This document shows, piece after piece, positions 11,501-19,672 of a DNA stretch of 64,000 nucleotides; the first letter of the stretch is position 1, and each line of letters opens with the position of its first letter. Made by a program: the position numbers and the translations under genes. A model generated the notes under the pieces. That model was given only the letters and a program-made list of their open reading frames with translations, was not told the origin of the DNA and ran no database searches. The DNA lies in the IMG/VR virus record IMGVR_UViG_3300028534_000002; one strand, 5' to 3'. This DNA is from a virus.

Positions 11501-14500
11501 TGCTTCAACCACTCCCTTCTCAAGCTCTTCTGGAATAGACTGTATAACATCACTAGACCTAGTATTCATTCTATGAGACAGATACTCAAGTTCGTCATCT
11601 GTGCCTTTTAATGTTCCTGAATTTATAGCGCCTACTATGTCAGTCTTACTGAATGTTCCAGATTCAATTTCTCTAATGAAGTCTCTTGCTGTCTTGCCTG
11701 AACCAGTCTGCAGTGGATTTCCTTTTCCAGAAATTATCCCTGCATACATCTTCATAAATTCATTTGCAGTCTGTGGGTCAGAGAATCCATTATTTATTGA
11801 AAATAATATTCTGTTTGCATCATTTGCTGTTTTTGCAGATCTTATCTCATTTCTTAGCTTTACTGCCTCGTCTGGATCCATTGTTTTTTCTTGTACTTTG
11901 TTTCCTTCTGAAAACTTTGAGTTTATAAATTTTGTTGCATCACTTACAGTTGCATCCTCAAAATCTCTTATAGCATTCTCTAGATTCTCTTTCTCGTTTG
12001 GGTCAATATCTTTTACTGTTGATAGTACATTCCTAGCAAGATTTGCTGCCCTAATATTTTCGTCACCAGTTTGAGCAACAAAATTATAAACACCTCTAAT
12101 AGGTGTTCCATTGTCACTTTCGAATCTCAGCTTGTTTTTTCTTTCTTTTGCCCACTCAGCAAGCATTTCTGAGCTTGCAAAACCATCATCTGATTCTCTT
12201 ACATTATCGATTAAGTTAGCTTCATATTGCTTAAGTGATGGCTTTAGGATGCTTCCTGTGTCACCAACAAATCCAACTATGTCAACTTCTGAACCAACAC
12301 TGTCAAGTGACTTTTCAAAAACGTCTGATGTATTGTATGCATTAACAACTGCTCTAGCTTTCTTTAGGTCTGTACTGTCAATTCCTTGCTTCTCGGCATC
12401 CTCTATTGCTATATCGATTGAGTCAATAATTCCGCCAAGTTTTCCTTTTACAGGGTTTAGTGTGTCAACTTTATTGTCTGTTGTAGCAGAGTCAAGTAAG
12501 CCACCAACGTCGCTTTCTACATCTGAACTAATGTCAGATCCTCTTGATTCGGCTTTATACAGATCAACAACATCACGTATTGCATCTTGGGCGAACTTGT
12601 TAAAGAATGAACTTTTCTCATCGTCACTTAAAGAATCTGATGCAAACAATGCTTCAAGCATGTCTCTTTTTACTTCCTTTGGATGCTTGCTTTGTCTGAT
12701 TACGCTTGCAGTATCTCTTGCAATTTTTTCCTTCATGTCTGATGTTAGGTTTTCTCCAAACTTGTCAAGCGTATCTTTGTATGTTTTTTCTACCTCAACT
12801 TTTAGTTTTTCTGGATCAGTTGTTTGTGCAATTTTTGATGCAAGATATTTTGCAGAGTCTTTTGATGCTCTTCCAACTGATTTTGCAAGATCTGCGCTTG
12901 CTACTGCTGCATCCTCAAGCTTGTTGTCTGTTGACATATTGATTGTACCGAGAGCTTTTCCAGCACTTGACATCGCATATGAACCAGTTGATGCTGTAGC
13001 ATGCGTAACAAATCCTGCACCTGCACCCATAGCCATTGCACCAATTGCCTCATCCTGGTTCTCTTTGTCGTTGTATGATTCAACAAATGTTTTTCCATCC
13101 ACTCCAACGTCTTTTCCTAAAATCTCTCCCCACGTTTGCAAGTACTCTTGGACACCTTCTTTGCCTGTAGCCTCTGCCATTCCAATAGACGTGCTATATA
13201 TTTTGCCAAGAACGCTTTTTTCGTACGATGTTCCCTTTACTGCATCGTAAGCACTCTTGAATGCAGACCTAAGCTGTGTTGACTTTATGATGTCGTCAAA
13301 CGCAACTTTATCTAATCCAGTTAGGAAATATTGAGATGCTGCTATAGCAGTAAACTCTCCAAGACTAATATCATCATCTCCATTTGCCATTCTTTCTTCA
13401 ATTACATTGTTAGTATTTTTTGCCCAAACAGATTTGAATCCAAAGTTTGTTGATGCCTCTTTTGCAAGAGATGTAAACGTTGACTGGTTCGCAAGAGTTT
13501 CTACGGCAGCAATATCTGCTCCTTCAGTCCTTAATGCAGTTTTAAGAGAATTTAACTCAGATGTATACTTCTTTACCTTTGCAATGTCTCCAGTTGCCTC
13601 AGCAACCTTCAGAGCTTTTTCTGTGCTAGAAAATTTCTTTGCAAGACTTGCAGCCTTAACACCAGCACCTGCACCTAGTGAACCAGTCATCAGGATCATC
13701 TCTGGTAGCGATTCTACCATTGTGTTACCTTTTGCACCTAGGTCATTAAATACTGCGTCAAAATAGTCTCCTCTGTTCCATGCAGCAATCGCCTCTCTTG
13801 TTGCCTCTGTTTGAGCCTGTGTATCATATCCAACCCACTTTGCTGCATTGTCAGATATTGTGTCTCCAATATTATCTTCTAGAGAATTTTCTGCACCAAG
13901 CTTTTCAAGCACGTATCCGAGCGATGTGGAACCAACATCAATAAGGTCTCCTCCAAGTCTTACAGCACCGTATTGAAAAGCATCTATTACACTATCTGAT
14001 CCAGTATGCTTTTTCCAGTACTCATTGCTACTTTGTAGTGATTTTTCAGCATTAGCATATGTGTCATCTCTAGACTGGTTCTCGTCGACTCCAAGTAAGT
14101 CTTTTTGATATAGCTCTGTGTATCCATCGTTGAAATTTAATCCACTTGATTTGTTGTTTCCCTTGTCTACTGCAATATTGCTTATGAATCTTTTATGAAA
14201 AGAGTTTTCATACTCTTCGGCTCCGCCAAACCTCTTATCCCACAGAAGCTCAATTCCTTGAGATGCAAAATTTCCTTTTACCCTGTCCCATGCGCCTGCT
14301 TTTGCGTATCCAACTTTATAGTTGTATTGATCATTACCATCTTTATCTTTTCCAGCATATTGTTTATATGAGTATAAAACATTTTGAGCATTTGGATCCT
14401 CTTCTACATTTTTTGCATAAGCAATAAATTCATTATCATCCATTTCGTCGAATGCATTTGCTGAACCAGATGCATCATAATTTTTATTTGCTCCAGATAC

Positions 14501-14812
14501 AACACGTCCATTATCATATATATCAAACTGGTAACTATCTCCTGCATCAAACACTGATGATACAAAGCTATTGTATTTAGATTTAAGAGATTTTGTCCAA
14601 TCACTGTCTTCTTTTAGGAATCCTCTATCGTCTAATTCAAGTTTGTTTCTCTGATCATGTAGTGGATTATCGTCTCTGTAGTTTCTGTAATTTGCTAGTT
14701 CATAGTCGTACAGGAATCTGTCTGCACTACTGTATAAATCATTTACTTCATCATCATAGGATGCAAGCTGATTTTGTAAGTTTTCAAATTCTGATGGCAT
14801 ATTTTTCTCCAA
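5597..14812 (-). CDS. virion-encapsidated RNA polymerase-like giant protein (N4 gp50-type vRNAP), 3071 aa
   Basis: GGAG RBS. T7-like single-subunit polymerase motifs read directly: motif A YGEADGITSGP (Asp2196, nt 8225-8227); motif B RFLSKDPTMTFGYG (R-x3-K-x7-YG, aa 2350-2363, nt 7763-7765 for the Arg); motif C-like SIHSLDGS (Asp2627, nt 6932-6934). A-to-C spacing of 431 aa is close to what I recall for N4 mini-vRNAP (about 390). Sits at the distal end of the late operon as in N4. Confidence 0.8.
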   Translation of the reverse strand: MEKNMPSEFENLQNQLASYDDEVNDLYSSADRFLYDYELANYRNYRDDNPLHDQRNKLELDDRGFLKEDSDWTKSLKSKYNSFVSSVFDAGDSYQFDIYDNGRVVSGANKNYDASGSANAFDEMDDNEFIAYAKNVEEDPNAQNVLYSYKQYAGKDKDGNDQYNYKVGYAKAGAWDRVKGNFASQGIELLWDKRFGGAEEYENSFHKRFISNIAVDKGNNKSSGLNFNDGYTELYQKDLLGVDENQSRDDTYANAEKSLQSSNEYWKKHTGSDSVIDAFQYGAVRLGGDLIDVGSTSLGYVLEKLGAENSLEDNIGDTISDNAAKWVGYDTQAQTEATREAIAAWNRGDYFDAVFNDLGAKGNTMVESLPEMILMTGSLGAGAGVKAASLAKKFSSTEKALKVAEATGDIAKVKKYTSELNSLKTALRTEGADIAAVETLANQSTFTSLAKEASTNFGFKSVWAKNTNNVIEERMANGDDDISLGEFTAIAASQYFLTGLDKVAFDDIIKSTQLRSAFKSAYDAVKGTSYEKSVLGKIYSTSIGMAEATGKEGVQEYLQTWGEILGKDVGVDGKTFVESYNDKENQDEAIGAMAMGAGAGFVTHATASTGSYAMSSAGKALGTINMSTDNKLEDAAVASADLAKSVGRASKDSAKYLASKIAQTTDPEKLKVEVEKTYKDTLDKFGENLTSDMKEKIARDTASVIRQSKHPKEVKRDMLEALFASDSLSDDEKSSFFNKFAQDAIRDVVDLYKAESRGSDISSDVESDVGGLLDSATTDNKVDTLNPVKGKLGGIIDSIDIAIEDAEKQGIDSTDLKKARAVVNAYNTSDVFEKSLDSVGSEVDIVGFVGDTGSILKPSLKQYEANLIDNVRESDDGFASSEMLAEWAKERKNKLRFESDNGTPIRGVYNFVAQTGDENIRAANLARNVLSTVKDIDPNEKENLENAIRDFEDATVSDATKFINSKFSEGNKVQEKTMDPDEAVKLRNEIRSAKTANDANRILFSINNGFSDPQTANEFMKMYAGIISGKGNPLQTGSGKTARDFIREIESGTFSKTDIVGAINSGTLKGTDDELEYLSHRMNTRSSDVIQSIPEELEKGVVEAKTVDEVKLGFANIINNNALSYKLYKKLRDLVAKRVSEIEQKNSEPGDSNGTTKETENNSANIVENNSNAENYKNIQKQVEQVVTSESKNNSKENNANEGDSEPSGYSVGEYDTRSIDAEIREFEYLKQRLNDMTKDDKNLSDADRVVLKNVKKSIEKQLRKVDEKIKKYERAKERQEKGLEKNKLKNIDLKKEKSHRGNSSILANSKQAVLDAIDALKKSLKKIKNTISKLMKKRDSLKKVYDIIDAYESKGKVDIRSKKRVIDEIDNAIESTKEKKKELENKLNKESEESLRKKLKEDVKQSRKGNDSSSLRSSAKNKLMKLASIYQNQVKKIRSDIESQLKKLDKIDKATEYAKTSREKLEDAYDKIYNRYKESLEKKNNSVEKNKNTIMSEQKRISDLQMNLTVLAGKLKNGTIGKKEFDKQANKIEKRVKQHNENIAKHIKYINEIEDRFGDTESRFITRLRQISSKLNDDRDGSKQRKKILELEEKRRDIEAKTKEYVNKAMKELGNNNDVAVKVFLDIATVESSNKLRIESSLNAKISKPNDVIKDIKTAGSQFVEEVKNDNIKAYMKEKKTVLSRLGNLFNATKEQLLAWAELNKIDESVVKSVVNVSKYMHRIDDIKIIESTRTEVDNNGKIFHTDGKDFVSSLSAIGVESEQLKDALKFGTVMALMSYSSVKNNIASMDTDDISKDFGIDNVSAMKLKTMAFKGFVPMRTLESEVKSVVMSRLGIKFNSNIDIETSRLVEAGIEASIGANLNGLVIENDAGEIIQENVTGKNMHMVQIDTEKMMLWKEYKEDYSNIQYINEGSKRLPPKRMPYKVKENDTLINSFIKLDDKHKKDIEKNNETEMFFADTTEDFVKEYKKDKKQALKQFGYVELTNDMTIDEMKLQKAHNEKYEREADALVKHYESMKNQDGTVSSFYIPWGVTKSERMTIKSDLNVQESKIHRTFVISKDYKSKLDTRPGSKRLVDEIAITEELSNTEMFEVFLAQSFGMDPDKNSKYNVFKSIRSRIDVYGGNVSITYKDGESEWKALSDYVKGIGEDSDNLATIFHKFEGAHSVMAAKELRKLNRTSDTASFETVLYGEADGITSGPALLNMKVLGDHQLKMLEKAGIYTDKSKQRLERYAKFLLSKKHGIHEDLIELSHGSLVEAGKYHMDIVNGETETLKDGEIIVKRIEIDGDKYDAFLDLYTTVGQYSLEAKKAFESRRDKDGKTNFDKLSAFAKRLYGMVFEEGTLSELRFLSKDPTMTFGYGAMISSIQRALTWNSFIKAIRDKMKESKSIDILKKAISDSHVENLIVSYRNSNKKDPSKDDIESFKRDGAKLANEYVSNTKNYSIYDKDRDIFREPTDVELSRMIEKNEQYKFIEISDDVHAMVHSAYGRNTIGSFYKHALNKAFGEISDMRNAFKATDLLVSSVFNAKLKVKLDAIRKKNGSISKKKYFEEVIKLHESGFGHSLDNGETRQPLYKTDNSIKSNTRDFERVVVNGNEYFASVTPDGLTFKSNSGAAVTISIHSLDGSVMQESLKNNDFTNIYDAIIVGAVQSKITNATDIYNTEWVTKSLERQDFKLYKEKADKMVSSMTEDELDAFFNLTNDIKVVKKNVSVTEGKTNRAPVYVLDFKEKGKAPKRVLNKRYQGKTKYIMSNDGENASISINDSNGVNVARIDVFKDDSGQVVAKAEVFAVAPNGMFMKATKPVVVPLNIDSVADLSVDDAISAINRKVTKDTKTYIDTKNKTKEPMYTMLTKTIAVEKHEASIEPDGDWGFLGHNLLSIPFAITHGKNVVNEGIRYFNKNVNKIFSNQMFVAGTGIVEVNIAHTKKRPREIEDWSDDFKAMYSGIIKLYGTKLREFIQLDAAKNGLTVNDINAITRTIDFEKLELKYDINDIEQQLVHNKTDSVKKAVSYIESLLKQERLNLYGVYDMFIGKNANKKIDDKKQNIPPIDRVKKKFKAYFEDKTKGCL

Positions 14813-14851
14813 TATAAGTTATATTAGAGATTATACCATCATTAGGCTTTT

Positions 14852-15090
14852 TACTGAACTCCTCTATGCTTGTAGTTTTTTAATCTACAATTCAGACATC
14901 ATGAAATTCAGTGCCGTTTTAAACGGATCAGATTCGTTTAGGCTTAAAAGACACGTTTGATTAATTTTTTTGGTATCCATCGTGGATGTCCGTTCATGTA
15001 AGAACAAGACAGAATGGCTGCCCTCAATTTTGAGGGCTGGTTGATTGTTGAGAACGAAGATGGAAAATAATCCCTCTACTGAACTCCTCT
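14852..15090. repeat. 14-nt direct repeat TACTGAACTCCTCT (14852-14865 and 15077-15090) flanking a 211-nt non-coding insert
   Basis: Both copies read on the minus strand as H-R-G-V-Q-stop. The right copy is the real 3' end of the 467-aa gene; the left copy is an orphan duplicate. Confidence 0.8.
15020..15037 (-). terminator. hairpin downstream of the 467-aa gene (candidate terminator)
   Basis: GCCCTC-aatttt-GAGGGC, about 40 nt past the stop. No clean U-run on the minus strand. Confidence 0.4.
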
Positions 15091-16479
15091 GTGTCTTCCA
15101 CTTTTCTTTTTTGTATTAGGAAGAGATCCTTGTCCATATTTCTTTTTATACCAATTCGAGAATGTTAATCCTTCAACTTCCTTCTTATTGTCATCTGAAA
15201 GCTTGTCGTATATCTTTCTTGCAGCGTCAATATCTTGTTTTTTAGTATCCATTGCCAATTCTTTTACTTTTGCGTCACCATCGACTTTTACTTTTCTCTC
15301 TTTTGCAATGTTTTTCAGTATTACATCATTATCTTTTTGAAGCTTTTTAATTTCGTACAGCGCAACTTTTTGTCCAGCTTTTGTTAAATATGGAATTGAT
15401 TGTTCTATTTGAGCAATTCTTTCATTTCGTGCATTGTACAATCCAGTGTAATCTATTTTTTCTCCATACACATTTTTCTTTTTTTGCGGAACTATACTCT
15501 TGTTGTAATTCCACTCACTGCTAATCTCTGTTAGCGCTTTTGCACCATCAACATATTGGTCATATAGAGATAGAGAGTTCTTTATCTTATCTATTTCTTT
15601 TTGCTTCTTAACTGCTCTTGATCCTTTCAATTCTTTTCCGTCAACAGTAGAAGTGCTTTGTGTTGCATTGTTTGAACCAGCCCTGTTTACACCAGGCTTT
15701 GTTCCGTATCCATACTTTTTGTCTCCAGGAGATAAATATGCGTTATTCTTTTGGATAAGCTCTGCAATCTTTGCATTAATGTCATCTCTTGATGCTCCGC
15801 TTTCAACAAGCTTTTTAATGTCTGGATGCATATCATTTAATATACTAGACATTGAGCTTTTTGCTTTATCAAACTTCTGTTTATACTCATCGTTTACTTT
15901 TTCTTCGGCTGCTTTATTTGGAACAAACTCGTGACCAGTAACAGTTTTAACAGTAGGTGTTTTTACTGGCTGCAATATGCTTTGCAATATAGAATTAGTC
16001 TGCTGCTCTTTCGTTTTTGCTTCTTCTGCCTTTTTTATTGATTGATTGATATCGAAATTTGCTTTCCTTTCTTTTATTCCAATTTCTTTTCTTCTTAAAT
16101 CAAGCATACCATTTTGGTAATTTCCAGTATTTTCTACCTGTGCTCTCTGTATCCCTGTTCTCTCTATATCATTCATCTCAGAGGCTCTGTTGTGTTTAGC
16201 CGTTTCATTGATTTGAGCCTGTGTTAATCCTCTGTTTGCTTCGTTTTCTACATGAGTAAAATCTCTTTGTGCTTGAGCTGCTTCTCTAGCCCACTGGTTC
16301 TTAACGTTTTCACGCTCAGAAAGAAACTTGTTTGCATTTTCAATCTCTTTGCGTCTATTCTGTTGGTCAACAGCTTTTTGAGCCCAGTTCGCAATTGGTT
16401 GAAAAGCTGAACCATAGTTGTCTAGTCTCGGAGCAGCTACCTGAGTAGCTCTACCGTCCCATGAAATATCTCCAGCCAT
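15076..16479 (-). CDS. virion-associated protein, function unknown (467 aa, K/E/Q-rich)
   Basis: Long ORF with a 1-nt TAATG overlap to the upstream gene (translational coupling). Lies between the capsid block and vRNAP, where N4 carries internal virion proteins. Confidence 0.7.
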   Translation of the reverse strand: MAGDISWDGRATQVAAPRLDNYGSAFQPIANWAQKAVDQQNRRKEIENANKFLSERENVKNQWAREAAQAQRDFTHVENEANRGLTQAQINETAKHNRASEMNDIERTGIQRAQVENTGNYQNGMLDLRRKEIGIKERKANFDINQSIKKAEEAKTKEQQTNSILQSILQPVKTPTVKTVTGHEFVPNKAAEEKVNDEYKQKFDKAKSSMSSILNDMHPDIKKLVESGASRDDINAKIAELIQKNNAYLSPGDKKYGYGTKPGVNRAGSNNATQSTSTVDGKELKGSRAVKKQKEIDKIKNSLSLYDQYVDGAKALTEISSEWNYNKSIVPQKKKNVYGEKIDYTGLYNARNERIAQIEQSIPYLTKAGQKVALYEIKKLQKDNDVILKNIAKERKVKVDGDAKVKELAMDTKKQDIDAARKIYDKLSDDNKKEVEGLTFSNWYKKKYGQGSLPNTKKKSGRHRGVQ

Positions 16480-17090
16480 TACATCTTACCTTCAGACTCT
16501 AGTCTTGCATTTTTTGCATCTCTTGCAGCAGAATATTCCTGTTGAGCTGCATACACATCGTCGTAAGATTTTCCTGCAAGCTGATCAGAAATATTTGATC
16601 CTCTTCTTATTCTTCGATCATATGCATCTTTTGTCATATTATAGTTCTTTGTTGCCATTTCTTTATTGAATTTAAACGAGTCTTTCGCAAGCTTGTTTTG
16701 TTCGAACATTGAATACAGTCCACCTACTGTTGCAAGTGCATTTATTCCGAAATTAGTTTTTTCTGCTCCAGACATATCTCCGAAAAATCCAGAACTTCCT
16801 CCAGCAGCAGATCCAAATCCATCTTGACTTGATGCTGATCCAAAATCGTTTTTGTTGTATATGTTTTGACCTGTTCCACCAAGTTTGTATGACGGTGTTG
16901 ATCCGCTCGCCGTGTATCCGTTTGCGTACGTGAAGTCTCCAGCAACAGGAACATATGTTCCAGTGTTTGCCGATGTTTGCGCAGTAGCATTATTAAGTGC
17001 ACCTAGAGTATTGCTTTGAAAATCAAGAGATGGTATTGCTCCATATGTATTTGTCTGCGCTGTTCCGCTTGCATAATCTTGCCATGACAT
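16479..17090 (-). CDS. Gly/Ser/Thr/Asn-rich virion-associated protein, function unknown (203 aa)
   Basis: Track ORF trimmed to ATG 17090 (MSWQDY...) because AAAGGA lies 6 nt upstream and this start does not overlap the upstream stop at 17101. Low-complexity G/S/A-rich N-terminal half. Confidence 0.65.
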   Translation of the reverse strand: MSWQDYASGTAQTNTYGAIPSLDFQSNTLGALNNATAQTSANTGTYVPVAGDFTYANGYTASGSTPSYKLGGTGQNIYNKNDFGSASSQDGFGSAAGGSSGFFGDMSGAEKTNFGINALATVGGLYSMFEQNKLAKDSFKFNKEMATKNYNMTKDAYDRRIRRGSNISDQLAGKSYDDVYAAQQEYSAARDAKNARLESEGKM

Positions 17091-17100
17091 ATTATATCCT

Positions 17101-19647
17101 TTAATAGTTGTTTTGGTTTGCTCCAAATGTTGTTACAACATTCATTTGATGCTCAAACTCGTAGATCCCTCTTGGTATCTCTGTTGATTGATTATACAAT
17201 GTTTCAGCTAAATCATAGTCAACTTGCTTAACCTCTGGAAGCTTCCAATCTTCGTCTTGCATATCTTCAACAATCTCAGGCGTGAACAATATATCTGAAT
17301 ATCCTTCGTTATATGCTCTGTTTGCAATGTTCATTATTATAGCCTCTTGACTATATCCAGTTGCATCCATAGCTGCCATCTCCTGCTCCATATAGTAGAT
17401 CTGTTTATCTATTTTGCTTTTGAACTCATCATACATTTCCTGCATTTTCTTTATATCTTCTTTCACTTTTATGCTCTCAAGCTTTAGATACATATCTGAC
17501 GTTGATAGCCATAGATCAGCAGTAGACATACCAGAACCAGCTGGGTTAAAATACATTGATGCAGCAGCGACAACAGTACCTATTATCACTCCAAGTTCAC
17601 CACCTATTGCTTCAGCGATTTTCATTGCTACATATGCTATAGCATACGTTGAAGCCATACTCATTAGAGTTGCTCCTAGTCCAGCTCCACTACCTGCAGT
17701 CCAAACAGTAATCACAACGGCAGCTATTTGAAGGAATAGTTTGAACCACGACTTTTCATACCACCGCACCTTTATTCTTACTTGGCAATACGCAAGACCA
17801 CATAGAGATCTGTCATATATTGATGTGTACTCCTTAAATCTTTTATGAGCAAGATAGTCGTTCATCATAAATAGTCTAAAGGTTTTATCTGGTCTTTCAT
17901 GGTATACGCTTGCAGTGTGTCCGTCTATTTCATAGTCGAGTTTACCTGATCTGTAATGAAATTCTTTGTATTGTGAATCAGAAATATTCTTCCTTAAAAC
18001 GATTGACACAGACTTCATTTCGTCCTCTACAAGATCTCCAGTCTCTGGATCCTCTAGTAATAATATGTTTGTGTCTGATATAAGTTGAACATATAATGCT
18101 TCTTCTTCTGATGGCATTATTGATCTAAACCTTTTATATGACTCTATTTCCCAATATTGCTCATATACTGGATCATCTTCTTCCTGTGCAGTATTGAAAT
18201 TTAGCTCTTCAAACAGAACAGCATCCATGTCAGCAGGAGTACAAAATGCATATGTGTACTTATGAATTAATGACTCTCTATTATATCCCTCTGGAGGCAA
18301 CTTGTCATAGTAGCTCTTATATGTGTCATTATCGTTATTATATGCATCAACAACAGCATTATACATTTGTGTTATATCGGTTTCTGATCCACCAATTGCG
18401 TCGTCATATATCTCTTTTACATCGTCATAATATATGTCTGCATTTGACATCTTTTGCTTAAGCTTTACTTTGTATTCTGCAAAATCAGGATCTTTATCAA
18501 TCTGCCCATCAACTACCCTCTCTTCTAAGTGGAATAGTGTTTCTACTACAAGCTCATTATCTCCATCTCCAACAGAGAACTCTATTTTTCTATTTCTTTC
18601 TGTCCCTAGATTTATCCTTCCAGAATACGGATCTCCGCCAACCGCATCAAAGAACTCAAATAAATATTTTGCTATTGCAGCAGACTTTGCTGCGTCATCT
18701 GGAGGAATAGCAAATCCAAGCCTAAAGTCATCTATATCTCCATTATCAATCATACCTTGAACACTATCAAGTGATAGACCAAACGACTTTAGCATTCTCT
18801 TTTGCTCAATCTCTACATCGACTGGTTCATTGTCACCTTTTAATTGAAAAATTGGTGCGAACTCCATTGTTCGTTGATTGTCAGATTCGTATATTGAACC
18901 AGTGTAGTAGTCATATGGTACAAAGACTATATTGTTCTCTACATCAAATGTTCCATCAGTATCAATGTAATAACATTTTGCGTAAAACCATTTTGTTGAA
19001 TCAAAGTCTACAGAACTTTCTCCATCATCATATTCAACGATAACTGTGTCATCATCATCGTCACTGTCAGGATCATCTTCTTCCTCATACCTATATTGAT
19101 TATATGTAAATGTTACTATTTTACTGTCGTCAGACAGTTCTTCGCTTATAATCTTCCATCTTATCAATCCATCAAATTTGTCTGTTGAATTATAGTTACA
19201 GTAAAAATCATATCCATCTGCATTTAGTTTATATGGCATATCTGAACTACCCATATACTCTTCAACAACTTGTGATGGTGTTGGGAATTCATCTTCATCA
19301 AGATATTGATCTAGAATCCTATTCTCTTTCTTCCATACTTTTAACACAGATTGAAAATCTGTTATATCTGTATAGTTCTCTATGTAGTCGTGAATTCCGT
19401 CGACCTTCAAATTTTCTATTGGAAGGACTTCTGGCTGAGCATCAAGTCTTTTTGCTATATCTGAATTAAATTTGTGTCTATAATTTTTCTTATACTTCCA
19501 GATCTCCTTTCCAAAGGCTCTAGCATTTCCAACAGTTGCAAATGCTATTTGCTTTCTTGAATACCTGTATTCACCAAAAGGTTCATCCTTCATGGGCTGA
19601 AAGGATATTGACTGAAAGTATTTGTAAGACGAAGAAAATAAGCCCAT
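17101..19647 (-). CDS. large virion protein with C-terminal membrane-spanning region (848 aa), function unknown
   Basis: 848-codon ORF. The acidic body is followed by a hydrophobic stretch, FKLFLQIAAVVITVWTAGSGAGLGATLMSMASTYAIAYVAMKIAEAIGGELGVIIGTVVAAASMYF (2-3 TM helices). Position is consistent with an ejection/internal protein. Confidence 0.7.
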   Translation of the reverse strand: MGLFSSSYKYFQSISFQPMKDEPFGEYRYSRKQIAFATVGNARAFGKEIWKYKKNYRHKFNSDIAKRLDAQPEVLPIENLKVDGIHDYIENYTDITDFQSVLKVWKKENRILDQYLDEDEFPTPSQVVEEYMGSSDMPYKLNADGYDFYCNYNSTDKFDGLIRWKIISEELSDDSKIVTFTYNQYRYEEEDDPDSDDDDDTVIVEYDDGESSVDFDSTKWFYAKCYYIDTDGTFDVENNIVFVPYDYYTGSIYESDNQRTMEFAPIFQLKGDNEPVDVEIEQKRMLKSFGLSLDSVQGMIDNGDIDDFRLGFAIPPDDAAKSAAIAKYLFEFFDAVGGDPYSGRINLGTERNRKIEFSVGDGDNELVVETLFHLEERVVDGQIDKDPDFAEYKVKLKQKMSNADIYYDDVKEIYDDAIGGSETDITQMYNAVVDAYNNDNDTYKSYYDKLPPEGYNRESLIHKYTYAFCTPADMDAVLFEELNFNTAQEEDDPVYEQYWEIESYKRFRSIMPSEEEALYVQLISDTNILLLEDPETGDLVEDEMKSVSIVLRKNISDSQYKEFHYRSGKLDYEIDGHTASVYHERPDKTFRLFMMNDYLAHKRFKEYTSIYDRSLCGLAYCQVRIKVRWYEKSWFKLFLQIAAVVITVWTAGSGAGLGATLMSMASTYAIAYVAMKIAEAIGGELGVIIGTVVAAASMYFNPAGSGMSTADLWLSTSDMYLKLESIKVKEDIKKMQEMYDEFKSKIDKQIYYMEQEMAAMDATGYSQEAIIMNIANRAYNEGYSDILFTPEIVEDMQDEDWKLPEVKQVDYDLAETLYNQSTEIPRGIYEFEHQMNVVTTFGANQNNY

Positions 19648-19672
19648 GTACTATTCCTATTGCTAGTTATCA

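Noticed and set aside
14866-15076. Group I/II intron or intein between the duplicated 3' ends
   Set aside because: The segment lies after the stop codon rather than within the reading frame. It is too short and lacks the conserved intron pairings I could look for. An insertion or duplication scar fits better.
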